From assembly GCA_016866775.1 (NCBI GenBank), contig VGLJ01000022.1, positions 480 through 64,479 on the forward strand: a DNA stretch of 64,000 nucleotides. Direction: 5' to 3'. The position numbers and the translations under genes are program-made. Source of the DNA: Candidatus Rokuibacteriota bacterium. Lineage in GTDB: Bacteria; Methylomirabilota; Methylomirabilia; Rokubacteriales; CSP1-6. Below are positions 38,072-48,146 of the stretch, piece after piece. A model generated the notes under the pieces. The model was not told the origin of the DNA and did not search any database. It saw nothing but the letters and a program-made list of their open reading frames with translations. The stretch's first letter is position 1. Every line of letters begins with the position of its first letter.

Positions 38072-40787
38072 ATGCTGGGCGGGTTCGAGGCGCGCGTCGG
38101 TGACGAGGGGCCTCCCGTCGTGCTGGCCAAGCGCAAGGCCCAGGCGCTGCTCGCGTATCTCGCGGTCCCGCTGGGCCAGCCGCACCCGCGCGAAGAGCTG
38201 GCGACCCTCCTCTGGGGCGACGTCGACGACAGCGACGCGCGCAACAGCCTGCGGCAGACGCTCTTCCTGATCCGCCGCGCGCTCCCGGACGGCGCCGCCG
38301 CCTATCTCGAGGTCGGGCGCGACACCGTCGCGCTGTCTTCCACCGCCGTCCGCACCGACGTCGCGCGCTTCGAGCGCCGCCTCGCGGCCGGGGCGCCGGA
38401 CACGCTCGAGCGCGGGATCGAGCTCTACCGCGGCGATTTCCTCCACGGGTTCGCGCTCGACGAGGCCGGGTTCGAGGAGTGGATGACCGCCGAGCGGGAG
38501 CGTCTGCGCGGCCTCGTGCGCGGCGCGCTCTCGCGCGTGCTCGCGCGGTACGCGGACGCGGGCGACGTCGCGCGCGCGCTCGAGGTCGGGCGGCGCGTCC
38601 TCGCCCTCGATCCGCTCGACGAGCCGGCGCATCGCGCGCTCATGCGGCTGCACGCGCGCCGGGGCCACCACGCGGCGGCGCTGCGCCAGTACCAGCTCTG
38701 CGTGAGCGTGCTCGAGCGGGAGCTCGAGGTCGAGCCCGACGCCGAGACGCGCGAGCTTTACCGGACACTCGTCCGCGAGCGCGCCGCGCAGCGCGTGCCC
38801 GAGCTCGCGCTCGGCGAGCGCGACCCGGTGGAGACGGCGCTGATCGGACGCGACGTCGAGTTGCGGCGCCTCGAGGACGCCCTCGCGGGCGCCGCGCCGA
38901 GTGTCGTCGCGATCCTCGGTGACGCCGGCATCGGCAAGACGCGGCTCGTTCGCGAGTTCACGGCGATGGCGACGGCCGCGGGCCGCCGGGTCATCGTCGG
39001 CCGCTGCCACGACGCGGAAGGGATCCAGCCGTTCCGTCCGTGGGTCGAAGCCCTGCGCGGCGCCGGCCTGACGGCCGACGACACCGCGCTCGCGGCGCTC
39101 GCGCCGGCGTGGCGCGCGGAGCCGGCGCGTCTCTTCCCCGAGCTCTCGACCGAGACGCCGGCGGCCGTCGACACGGAGAACGTTCTCCAGCTCTTCGAGG
39201 CGCTCGCACGGCTCATCCTCGACGCGGCCGCGCGCGCGCCGCTCGCGATCGTGCTCGAGGACCTCCAGTGGGCGGACGAGATGACGCTGCGGTTCCTCTC
39301 CTTCCTCGTCCATCGCAGCGGGGACCGTCCGATCCTCCTCGCGGCGACCGCACGCGAGGACGAAGCGGAGCAGGTCCCGCTCCTCGGACGCATCGCGCGC
39401 GAGCTCGACCGCGAGGGCCGGCTGCTGCGCGTTCCGCTCGCGCCGCTCGGGCGCCCGGCGAGCGACGCGCTCGTCGCGGCGCTCGCGCCGTCCGCCACCG
39501 GCGACGCGGCGCTCGCCGAGCGCGTGTGGAGCGTGAGCGAGGGCAATCCGCTCGTCGCGGTCGAGATGATCCGTGCCGCGCGCTCGCTCGGCGGGGACTT
39601 GCCGGAGCTTCCACGCGGCGGAAGCCTGGGAGCCGGCGGTGGAGCACCTGCGCGAAGCGGGACTCACGGCGTATCGGCGCGGCGGGTCTCGCGAGGCCGC
39701 CACGTGCTTCCGGCGCGCGCTCGACGCGCACGCGCGCCTGCCGCGCACGGATGACTGGAAGCGCGCCGCCATCGATCTCCGCTTCGACTTCCGCCACGCC
39801 GTGGTGCCGATCGCCGAGATGGCGGACCTCGGTGACCTGCTCGGCGAGTGCGAGCGCTTCGCCACGGAGCTCCACGATCGCCCGCGGCTCGCGCGCACGT
39901 GGGCATTCCTCGGGCATCACCACTGGTGGTTCGGCGGCCACGAGCGTGCCGCCGACTATTGCCGTCGCGCGCTCGGTGTCGCGAGCGCTCAGGGCGACCG
40001 TGCCCTTCAGATCTCGACGACCATGTATCTCGGCCTCGCGTTCCTCGCGCAGGGCGCCTATCGCGCGGCGGAGCGCCTCTTCCGCGCGCTGGTCGGCAGC
40101 GAAGGCAGCGGCCTCACGCGCGAGCGGTTCGGGGTGGCGATCGTCGGCGTGTCCTCGCGCGCCTACCTCGCGATGGTCCTGGCGGAGATCGGCGACCTCG
40201 CGGAAGGCGCGGCCGTGGCCGACGACGCCGTGCGGCTCGCCGAGCCCATGCGACACCCGTTCGCGCTCGCGCACGCCTACGTCGGGGCGGCGTCGGTCGC
40301 GCTCGCGGCGGACGACCACGACCGCGCGATCCGGCTGTTCGAGTGGTATCAGGCGGAGCTCGCCCGCATGGGGGCAGGCGAGGCGTGGCCGCTCGCCGAC
40401 TGGTATGCGGGCCTCGCGTACGTCCGCGCGGGCCGCGTCGAGCGCGGCTTGGCACTCCTCGAGCCGATTCGCGATCCGGCCCGCGCGGTGACGGGCGGGC
40501 TGAGCCGCTCGCTGGTCGGCGCCTGGGTCGCCGAGGCCCACCTCGCGGCGGGACATCCCGTCGAGGCGCTGACCTTCGCGGAGTCGGCGCGGGCGCTCGC
40601 CCACGAGCACGGGGAGCGCGGGTACGAGGCGGCGGCGCTGCTGGTGCTGGCCGACGTCACGGCCCGGCGTGACCTCGCGGCCGCCTCGGAGCACTACACG
40701 GCCGCGCGGAAGATCGCCGCGGAGCTCGGCATGCGCCCGCTCGCCGCGCGGTGCGCCAGGGCGGAAGCCGCCCTGGTCGGTCCCTGA
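38072..40787 (+). pseudogene. AfsR/SARP-like STAND regulator (winged helix, BTAD, P-loop NTPase, C-terminal TPR-like repeats) with one frame break
   Basis: LLGGFEARV...LAYLAV (OmpR/SARP wHTH), a BTAD region, and the Walker A GDAGIGKT. The frame changes at ~39600-39615 between ORF 37793..39754 and ORF 39573..40787, which carries the TPR-like tail. Confidence 0.65.
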
Positions 40788-40935
40788 TCATTCTTGCCCG
40801 GTCCGGTCAACTCTCGAGCGCCCCGGCCTGACGCCTCCGCCCGGAGACCCGCGATTTTGGCGGGGGTTCACGTTCGGCACGCCTTTTGAGCGCCCTTGTG
40901 GGTGAGCCACTCGCGAGAGCAGGGAGGCGACGGGG

Positions 40936-41019
40936 ATGAAGTGCACGGTCTGCGGATGTGATCGCCGAATGCTCTGCACGAAGTGCCGGGAGGGCCGCCA
41001 CTCGGGCTGCGGCAAGTAG
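40936..41019 (+). CDS. 27-aa cysteine-rich (zinc-ribbon-like) mini-ORF; not in the ORF track
   Basis: MKCTVCGCDRRMLCTKCREGRHSGCGK, six Cys arranged as CxxCxC-x5-CxxC-x7-C. A GGAGG Shine-Dalgarno lies 9 nt upstream. It is 57 nt before the next gene. Confidence 0.35.
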   Translation: MKCTVCGCDRRMLCTKCREGRHSGCGK

Positions 41020-41076
41020 CCACGGTATGATCGGCCCCCTCCGGGGATGCCCCGACTCTCACGAGGAGGACCGATC

Positions 41077-41427
41077 ATGCCGTCTCAGGGCCGCTATCTG
41101 TTCATCGCCGCGATGGACGTCGAGCCTGCCAAGGAAGCTCTGTTCAACGAGGTCTACGACCAGGAGCACGTCCCGAGCCTGATCAAGGTGCCGGGCCTCA
41201 TCTCCGTCGCGCGCTTCCGCCGCGAGCCGCTCACGATGTCGATCGGGGGCGAGCTGAAGACCATCGACCTCACGGACGAGCCGCGGTACACCGCCCTCTA
41301 CGAGGTCGAAGGGCCCGACGTGATGTCGACCGCCGCGTGGGGCAAGGCCGTCGAGGAAGGCCGGTGGCCGGCGCAGGTCCGGCCGTACACGAAGAACCGC
41401 AAGCACACGCTCTGGCGGAGGCTCTAG
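41077..41427 (+). CDS. hypothetical protein, possibly a DUF4286-like alpha/beta-barrel protein
   Basis: 116 aa from MPSQGRYLFIAAMDVEP...EVYDQEHVPSLIKVPGLISVARFRRE. GAGGAGGA lies before the ATG. The family name is a weak recollection. Confidence 0.4.
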   Translation: MPSQGRYLFIAAMDVEPAKEALFNEVYDQEHVPSLIKVPGLISVARFRREPLTMSIGGELKTIDLTDEPRYTALYEVEGPDVMSTAAWGKAVEEGRWPAQVRPYTKNRKHTLWRRL

Positions 41428-42809
41428 CCCAGGAAGTCGCGGACCAGCGCCTCCCACATCGCGGCCGAGAGGCCGAGCGATTCCGTGTCGATGCGCTCGT
41501 CGTTGCCGTGGAACATCAGCGGGTATTGCGTGTAGGGGATCCGCTGCGAGTGCAGCGCGAAGCCGTAGGACGGGACGCCCTTGAAGCGGAAGTAGCGGGC
41601 GTCCGTCCCGCCGCTCGTCATGCGCGGGATGATCGTGCTGCCCGGCACCAGCGCGCGCGTCACACGGGACATCGACTCGGCGAGCGGCGTCTCCAGCGGC
41701 GTGCGCGTCCCCGGCTGGCCGCGCGGCGCCTCGATCTCCACGCGCGAGGCCACGTCGCCGAGCGCCTCGCGCAGCATCGCGTCGACGTCGAGCGCGCTCA
41801 CGTCGGGCAGCGCGCGGATGTCGACGTCGATCGCGATGCGGTCCGGGATCACGTTCGACTTCGAGCCGCCGTAGCTCACGAGGTTGGGCGAGAACGTCGT
41901 GTGCGTGCACGCGTGGGCGAACCGCGCGAAGCCGAGCGGCTCGAGCGTGCGCAGCGTCTCCCACACGCGGTCGGGATCGGTCAGCGCCGCCGTCAGCTCC
42001 GGCGCCAGACCGAGCTCGCTCACGTAGCGCCGCCACTCGTCGAGGATGCGCGCCTTCGGCTGATACGCGGCGATCCGGCGCACCACGTCCGACGCCGTCA
42101 CGAGCGCGTTGTCGGTGCGGAACGGCATCGAGCCGTGGCCGGGTGTGCCCTTCACGATGAGCCGCCGGCGGTTGATGCCCTTCTCCGCCACCGTCACGGG
42201 CAGCTTGACGCCGTCGGGCGCGGGGATCGGCACGCCGCCGCTCTCGGTGATGACGTAGTCCGTCTTCACCGCGTCCCCGTGCTCGTCGACCAGGAACTTC
42301 GCGCCGTAGGTGCCGCCGGCCTCCTCGTCCGCGACGCCCAGATAGATCAGCGTGCCGCGCGGGCGAAAGCCGCTCGTCGCGAGCCGCCGCGTGGCGACGG
42401 CCATCGTGGCCGTGATGTGCAGCATGTCGGTCGCGCCCCGGCCCCACACGATGCCGTCGACGACGTCGCCGCCGAACGGATCGCGCTGCCAGCCTCCGGC
42501 GTTCGCCGGCACGACGTCCGTGTGACCCATGAGGAGGAGCGTCGGCGCGGCCCTGTCGCTGCCTTCGATGCGTGTGATCAGGCTCACGCGTCCGGGCGCG
42601 GCCGTGTAACGCTCGAACGTGAGCCCGGAGCCGGCGAAATACGCTTCGAGCGCGTCGGCGTTGCGGACTTCCTGACCCGAGGCCGGCGTGCCGTCGTTGA
42701 CGCATGCGTTGCGGATCATGGTCCGCAGGAGGTCGGTCGCCTCGCGTTCGAGGCTCCCGTCTGGACGCTGGTGCGTGGTCCGTGCCATGGTGCGCGGCGG
42801 CTCCGCCAT
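41424..42809 (-). CDS. M20-family metallopeptidase (ArgE/DapE/CPG2-like)
   Basis: GHTDVVP, GRGATDM and an EEAGG-type metal ligand region; ~462 aa. Confidence 0.75.
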   Translation of the reverse strand: MAEPPRTMARTTHQRPDGSLEREATDLLRTMIRNACVNDGTPASGQEVRNADALEAYFAGSGLTFERYTAAPGRVSLITRIEGSDRAAPTLLLMGHTDVVPANAGGWQRDPFGGDVVDGIVWGRGATDMLHITATMAVATRRLATSGFRPRGTLIYLGVADEEAGGTYGAKFLVDEHGDAVKTDYVITESGGVPIPAPDGVKLPVTVAEKGINRRRLIVKGTPGHGSMPFRTDNALVTASDVVRRIAAYQPKARILDEWRRYVSELGLAPELTAALTDPDRVWETLRTLEPLGFARFAHACTHTTFSPNLVSYGGSKSNVIPDRIAIDVDIRALPDVSALDVDAMLREALGDVASRVEIEAPRGQPGTRTPLETPLAESMSRVTRALVPGSTIIPRMTSGGTDARYFRFKGVPSYGFALHSQRIPYTQYPLMFHGNDERIDTESLGLSAAMWEALVRDFLG

Positions 42810-42993
42810 GCTAGCAGAGGCCGCTCGATTCTGTCGTCGGCTACGTCCGGGAGGCATGCACCGCGCGGTGAGCCTCGCACCCGTGCCGCCGCTCGTGGCG
42901 GCGTTCGTGGAGTGCTCCCGCGCTCGCGGCCACCGACCACACCGGCGCGCCTCCGAGCGACGCGGACGTCGTCGCGAACGCGCAGATGGTGTG

Positions 42994-43671
42994 CTAGCGA
43001 ACCAGCCAGCGGAAGAACGCGGTCGCCGTCGCCGCGCCCACGAGCTGGGCGGCGATGAACGCCGGCGTATCGGCCGGTCGTATGCCGGCAAACGTGTCCG
43101 ACGCGCACCGTGCCAGCGTCACGGCCGGATTCGCGAAGGAGGTCGAGGCGGTGAACCAGTACGCGGCGGTGATGTAGGCGGCGACCGCGAAGGGCACCGC
43201 CGCGGATCGAAACCGGGCGCAGCCCCAGATCACCGCCAACAGACCGAACGTCGCCACGAACTCACTGAACACCTGCGCGCCGCCGGCGCGCGCGTGGCGT
43301 GACGCGAAGAAGAGCGGCAGCTCGAACATCACGTGCGCCGCGGCCACGCCGGCGAACGCGCCGAGCACCTGCGCGACCAGGTAGAGCGGAACCTCCCGCC
43401 ACCTCACCCCGCCCTGGAAGGCATCCGCGAGCGTCACCGCCGGATTGAAATGCGCGCCGGAGATCGGACCGAACGTCAGGATGAGGGCGACGAGCGCCGC
43501 GCCGGTCGCGACGGCGTTGGCGAGGAGCGCGATCGCGACGTTGCCGCCCGCCAGCCGCTCCGCCATGATCGCGGAACCGACGACCGCGGCGAGCAGGAAT
43601 GCCGTTCCGACCGCCTCTGCAGCCACGCGCCGGGCCGTCGTAAATCGTTGCGATTCCGTCACAGGCACCAC
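42994..43671 (-). CDS. MIP-family aquaporin / aquaglyceroporin (AqpS-like)
   Basis: Two NPA boxes (HFNPAVT, NPAVTLA); 225 aa; six transmembrane helices. Confidence 0.85.
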   Translation of the reverse strand: MVPVTESQRFTTARRVAAEAVGTAFLLAAVVGSAIMAERLAGGNVAIALLANAVATGAALVALILTFGPISGAHFNPAVTLADAFQGGVRWREVPLYLVAQVLGAFAGVAAAHVMFELPLFFASRHARAGGAQVFSEFVATFGLLAVIWGCARFRSAAVPFAVAAYITAAYWFTASTSFANPAVTLARCASDTFAGIRPADTPAFIAAQLVGAATATAFFRWLVR

Positions 43672-43696
43672 GGCACACTACATGGAGAGGTGCGAC

Positions 43697-44113
43697 ATGG
43701 ACAAGGAGCGCGTTCTGTTCCTCTGCACGCACAACTCCGCCCGGAGCCAGATGGCGGAAGGATTGCTCCGCGTCATGGCGGGCCATCGCTTCGAGGTGCA
43801 GAGCGCGGGAACCGAGCAGACGTCCGTGAACCCGCTCGCGATTCGCGTCATGGCCGAGCGCGGCATCGACATCAGCATGCAGACCTCCAAGCGCTACGTG
43901 GAACTCCTGCAGGACCCGTGGGAGTACCTGGTGACCGTGTGCGACGACGCGAACGAGCGCTGTCCGTTCGTCCCCGGCATCCGGAAACGCCTGCACTGGT
44001 CGTTCGAGGACCCCTCACGCGCGACGGGCAGTGATGACGAGCGGTTGGCGGTCTTCCGCACGGTGCGTGACCGGATCGAGGCGCGTCTCGCGGAGTGGCT
44101 CGCGACGACGTAG
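43697..44113 (+). CDS. arsC: arsenate reductase, LMW-PTP/thioredoxin-coupled type
   Basis: CTHNSARSQMAE P-loop (CX5R), and downstream Cys residues in VTVCDDANERCPF. Confidence 0.8.
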   Translation: MDKERVLFLCTHNSARSQMAEGLLRVMAGHRFEVQSAGTEQTSVNPLAIRVMAERGIDISMQTSKRYVELLQDPWEYLVTVCDDANERCPFVPGIRKRLHWSFEDPSRATGSDDERLAVFRTVRDRIEARLAEWLATT

Positions 44114-44139
44114 AGGCTCGTGGATAATAGCGCCCACCG

Positions 44140-45381
44140 ATGATCAACCGCGCGGTGGTCGCCATGTGCGCGGCGCAGGTGTGCGCGCAGATCGGCGCGT
44201 TCAGTGTCGCCGCGCTCATCCCGACGTTGATGGCGGCGTGGGGACTGACGAACACCGAGGCGGGGTGGATCAGCGGCATCTACTACGCCGCCTACACGCT
44301 CGTCGTCCCGCTCCTGTCCTCGCTCACCGACCGTGTGGATCCCAAGCGCGTCTATCTCGCCTCGGTGGCCGTGACCGCGATCGCGTTCGCCGGCTTCGCG
44401 TGGATCGCGGGCGGGTTCTGGTCGGCGCTCGCGTTTCGCGCCTTGATGGGCGCGGGGTGGGCCGGGAGCTACATGCCCGGGCTGAAAGCCTTGAGTGACG
44501 CCGCCGAGGGCCCGCAACAGTCACGCGCGGTGGCCGCGCACGCGGCGGCGGTCGGTGTCAGCGGTGCGCTCTCGTTCGGCGTCGCCGGCGCCGTGAACGC
44601 GTGGCTCGGATGGCAGTGGGCGCTCGTGCCGGGCGCCGCGGGCGCGGCGCTCGCGTTCCTGATCGTGCTCGTCGGTCTTCCCGGCCGCGTGCCGGAGCCG
44701 CCGAAAGCCGGACGCGGCGCGCTCCTGGACTTTCGCCCGGTCCTGCGCAATCGTTCGGCGCTCGCCTATTCGCTCGCGTACTGCGTCCACACGTGGGAGA
44801 TGTCAGCGCTCCGGGGATGGGTGGTCGCGTTCCTCACGTTCTGCGCGGCCCAGACCGGGAGCGGGTGGACGCCGATCGCGCCCGCCACCGTCGCGAGCGC
44901 CATGGGCCTGCTCGGCGTCTGGGCGAGCGTCTGGGGCAACGAGCTCTCGATTCGCTTCGGGCGCCGGCGCTTCATCCTCGGCACGATGCTCGCGTCGGCG
45001 GCGATGGCCGGCGGGATCGGCTTCAGCGCGGCGCTCCCGTACGCCGCCGCGGCGGCCGTCGTGCTCGTCTACGCCATGCTGATCTGGTGGGACTCGTCGT
45101 CGCTCACCGCGGGCAGTGCCGGAAGTGCGGAGCCCGGCCGACGTGGCGCGACCCTGGCCGTCCACTCCACGCTCGGGTACGCGGGTGGCTTCCTCGGTCC
45201 CCTCGCGCTCGGGGCGACACTCGATCTGTTCGGCGGCGCGGGAGTGATCGCCTGGGGCTTTGCCTTCGGTCACGTGACGCTGGCGTTGCTGGCGGGGACC
45301 GCGGTCTTCCTGTGGCTGCGTCCGGCCGATCTCGAGGGCGACCGGCGCGCCGTGAAAGGACGGCGGGCCGTCACGGCGTGA
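44140..45381 (+). CDS. MFS transporter
   Basis: 413 aa with 12 predicted transmembrane helices and an MFS-like loop motif region. In arsenic context it may be ArsK/ArsJ-like. Confidence 0.65.
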   Translation: MINRAVVAMCAAQVCAQIGAFSVAALIPTLMAAWGLTNTEAGWISGIYYAAYTLVVPLLSSLTDRVDPKRVYLASVAVTAIAFAGFAWIAGGFWSALAFRALMGAGWAGSYMPGLKALSDAAEGPQQSRAVAAHAAAVGVSGALSFGVAGAVNAWLGWQWALVPGAAGAALAFLIVLVGLPGRVPEPPKAGRGALLDFRPVLRNRSALAYSLAYCVHTWEMSALRGWVVAFLTFCAAQTGSGWTPIAPATVASAMGLLGVWASVWGNELSIRFGRRRFILGTMLASAAMAGGIGFSAALPYAAAAAVVLVYAMLIWWDSSSLTAGSAGSAEPGRRGATLAVHSTLGYAGGFLGPLALGATLDLFGGAGVIAWGFAFGHVTLALLAGTAVFLWLRPADLEGDRRAVKGRRAVTA

Positions 45382-45462
45382 CGGAGCTCATCGGCGGCGT
45401 CGCGACGCACGCGCACCGCGCGACCGCGACTCCGGCCCGCGTTGTCATCGGCGCGTCGAGCG

Positions 45463-45888
45463 TCAGCCGGCCGCTCGCCACGCGACGACGCGCGCCGGGG
45501 TGATCGCGATGACCGGCCCGGCCGTGGAGAGAAGATCCATCGCCGCGTACTGCGGATACTTCGCGACGAGCGCGGCGAGCGCGGGCGTGCGCTCGAGATC
45601 CGTGGTCAGGATGCCGGCCGTGCCCTCGACGAGGACCCACGCGAGCCGCGCCCAGTCCTCGTCCCACACGTCGACGACGAGCGACACGCGCGGGTTGTCG
45701 GCGATGTCGCGCAGGCGGCGCAGCTCGCGCGTACGCTTGGGCTTCGCGTCGACCGCGGAGTAGATGCGGCCGTCGACGAAGGCGTAGCAGACGGGCACGA
45801 CGAGCGGCTGGCCCGCCCGGTCGGCGGTGGCGAGACGGGCGACGCGGGCGGTCGCGAGCATCTCGACCGCCCACGTTGCGACGTCCAC
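45463..45888 (-). CDS. PPOX-class (pyridoxamine 5'-phosphate oxidase-like) probable F420-dependent enzyme
   Basis: ARVARLATADRAGQPLVVPVCYAFVDGRIYSAVD pattern. The GTG start overlaps the upstream TAG by 1 nt. Confidence 0.5.
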   Translation of the reverse strand: MDVATWAVEMLATARVARLATADRAGQPLVVPVCYAFVDGRIYSAVDAKPKRTRELRRLRDIADNPRVSLVVDVWDEDWARLAWVLVEGTAGILTTDLERTPALAALVAKYPQYAAMDLLSTAGPVIAITPARVVAWRAAG

Positions 45889-46724
45889 TACGTGATCAGC
45901 TTCGAGAGCTTGTCGAGCAGCGGGAGGATCGTGTCGCGCGGCTCCGACGGGAGCCGGAACATCGAGCGCGTGATCCCCGCCTTGCGGTAGCCGTCGAGCA
46001 CGGCCTCGTCGGGCGCCGCGCCGAACACGTTCACCGAGATCGTCTTCATGTCGCGCCCGGCCTTGGCGGCGAGCGACTTCAGCTCCTCGAGGCCGGGAAG
46101 GATCCGCTCCGCGGCGCGGCCGCGCGGGAACCAGCCGTCGCAGTACTCGACGACGCGCTTGAGCGTGTGCGTGCTCTCGCCGCCGAGCAGGACCGGCGGG
46201 CCGCCCTTCTGGACCGGCTTCGGCCACGACCAGAGCGGGTCGAAGGTGACGTAGTCGCCGTGGAACTTCGGCTCGTCCTTGGTCCAGATCTCCTTCATCG
46301 CGAGCACCTGCTCGCGCATCTTGTGGTAGCGGGTCTTGAAGTCGGTGCCGTGGTTCTCCATCTCCTCGGCGTTCCACCCGGCGCCGATGCCGAAGAGGAA
46401 GCGGCCACCGGAGAGGAAGTCGAGCGTCGCCGCCGCCTTCGCGGTGACGATCGTGTCGCGCTCGATGATCAGGCAGATGCCGGTGCCGACCTTGAGGTTC
46501 TTCGTGACCGCGGCCGCCGCCATCAGGCCGACGAACGGATCGAGCGTGTGCCAGTACTCCTTCGGCAGCTCGGCGCCGCCGGCGAACGGCGAGCGGCGGC
46601 TCGTCGGGATGTGCGTGTGCTCGGGCACGAAGAGCGACTCGAAGCCGCGGGCCTCGGCCTCGCGCGCCAGCTCGTCGATGCGGATCGCGTAGTCGGTGGC
46701 GAACATCAGGACGCCGGTGTGCAT
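45888..46724 (-). CDS. LLM-class F420-dependent oxidoreductase
   Basis: 278 aa. GFESLFVPEHTHIP, GTGICLI and LFGIGAGW motifs of the luciferase-like family. Confidence 0.7.
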   Translation of the reverse strand: MHTGVLMFATDYAIRIDELAREAEARGFESLFVPEHTHIPTSRRSPFAGGAELPKEYWHTLDPFVGLMAAAAVTKNLKVGTGICLIIERDTIVTAKAAATLDFLSGGRFLFGIGAGWNAEEMENHGTDFKTRYHKMREQVLAMKEIWTKDEPKFHGDYVTFDPLWSWPKPVQKGGPPVLLGGESTHTLKRVVEYCDGWFPRGRAAERILPGLEELKSLAAKAGRDMKTISVNVFGAAPDEAVLDGYRKAGITRSMFRLPSEPRDTILPLLDKLSKLIT

Positions 46725-46737
46725 GAGAGTCCTCCGG

Positions 46738-47130
46738 TTATCGAAGCGGTGACAGCGAGAAGTGTGTGTGCGTGGCCAGCCAGCGCCCGTTCCGGCGCGC
46801 GAAGATCACCGTGCACCGTCCGGGCCGGTCGAAGTCCGTGCCGTCGGGCCTGAGGCCGCGCGAGTCCCAGGTGGCGGCGACCCAGCCGTGATCGCCGACG
46901 ATTCCGCCGCGCGCGTTCGCGGTGTCGATCGTGAAGCCCTTGATGGAGGGCCACACGTGCTCCCACTGCGCCCTCTTGATCTCCTCGATCCCGGTGACGA
47001 ACGGCGCCACCGTGCCGAACGCGACCATGTCCGGCGCGCAGAGCTTCTTGCCGGCCTCGAAGTCCTGGTTGCGGACGGCGGTGTGGAGGTCGGCGAGCCA
47101 GGCGCGCAGCGGCGCGATCGGGTCACTCAC
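46738..47130 (-). CDS. SnoaL/NTF2-like (DUF4440-type) protein
   Basis: ~130 aa. GTG start in GTGA overlap with the upstream stop. NTF2-like cone pattern (WDSRGLRPDG...ARRNGRWLATHTHFS). Confidence 0.5.
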   Translation of the reverse strand: MSDPIAPLRAWLADLHTAVRNQDFEAGKKLCAPDMVAFGTVAPFVTGIEEIKRAQWEHVWPSIKGFTIDTANARGGIVGDHGWVAATWDSRGLRPDGTDFDRPGRCTVIFARRNGRWLATHTHFSLSPLR

Positions 47131-48080
47131 ACGAAGACCATCTCGGGCAGGAACGCCGACACGATCCAGCTCGGCGCGTCGACGATCTCGCTGATCTTCA
47201 GATCGACGGCGACGCTGCAGAGCACGTACGCTTCCTCGCGCGTGAGGCCGCGCTCCTCGACCAGGTGCTCGATCATGTAGCGGATCGCCTGCTGCGACGA
47301 CGCGAAGAGATCGGGGCCGTGCGCGGTGGTGACGAAGTGCGGCCCGCGGTTGGTCTTGACGCCGATCGGGCCCGCGGTGCGGAAGCGCGGCTCGGCGATG
47401 CGGCGGCCCTTCGCGAGCGCGAATCTGAGCGTCACGCGCGCGCTCATCTCCACCGCGGTGATGCACACCTCGCCGTCACCCTGCGCGCCGTGCCCGTCGC
47501 CCACGCTGAAGAGCGCGCCCTCGACCAGCACGGGCAGATAGAGCGTCGTGCCCGCGTGAAGCTGCTTGATGTCCATGTTGCCGCCGCTGCGCCGCGGCGG
47601 CATCGTGCTGTGCCCGCCGGGCTCGTCGAGCGCCACGCCCATCACGCCCGGGAACGGCTCGAGCGGGACTGCGATCGGCCGGTTCGGCATGCGCGCGATC
47701 TGCTTGTCCGCGAGATCCCAGATGCAGAGGTGCGGCTTCGGGAAATCTTCCTCGGGCAGGAGCCCGCGGCCCGGGCGGACCTGCGTCCAGCCGAAGTCCA
47801 GCGCCGGCACCACCTCGAGGATCTCGACGACCAGCGTGTCGCCGGGCCTGGCCCCTTTGACCTTCACGGGACCGGTGAGGGGATGACCCCTGAAGACGCG
47901 CTTGAGCACGTCCTCCGCCGTCGAGGTCTTCGCATAGAACCGGTCCGCGGCGTCGCGCGTCTCGAAGACGACGGTGTCGCCGGGATCGATCTCGAGGCGT
48001 GGCGGCAGCGCGTTGTTCCATTCGTAGTGGACGGTCCCGGCGTCGAGCGCGTGGGTCTTCATGGCCCAGGAGACTAGCAA
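47127..48080 (-). CDS. acetamidase/formamidase (FmdA_AmdA) family protein
   Basis: 317 aa. GHPLTGPV, GNMDIKQL and GDGHGAQGDGEV motifs. The start may instead be the second Met at 48062. Confidence 0.6.
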   Translation of the reverse strand: MLVSWAMKTHALDAGTVHYEWNNALPPRLEIDPGDTVVFETRDAADRFYAKTSTAEDVLKRVFRGHPLTGPVKVKGARPGDTLVVEILEVVPALDFGWTQVRPGRGLLPEEDFPKPHLCIWDLADKQIARMPNRPIAVPLEPFPGVMGVALDEPGGHSTMPPRRSGGNMDIKQLHAGTTLYLPVLVEGALFSVGDGHGAQGDGEVCITAVEMSARVTLRFALAKGRRIAEPRFRTAGPIGVKTNRGPHFVTTAHGPDLFASSQQAIRYMIEHLVEERGLTREEAYVLCSVAVDLKISEIVDAPSWIVSAFLPEMVFV

Positions 48081-48146
48081 CGGCCCCTGGGACGCGCAAA
48101 TCTCACCCTCCCGCCTGCGTCGTCCTCATCGAAGCGCAGGAGCGTT

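Noticed and set aside
40788-40935. The hairpin CCCGC-GATTTTG-GCGGG after the SARP gene, considered as a terminator; also tRNA or ncRNA in the larger intergenic gaps
   Set aside because: The stem is weak and there is no T-run. No tRNA-like T-arm (GGTTCGANTCC) or other RNA signature was seen in any gap.
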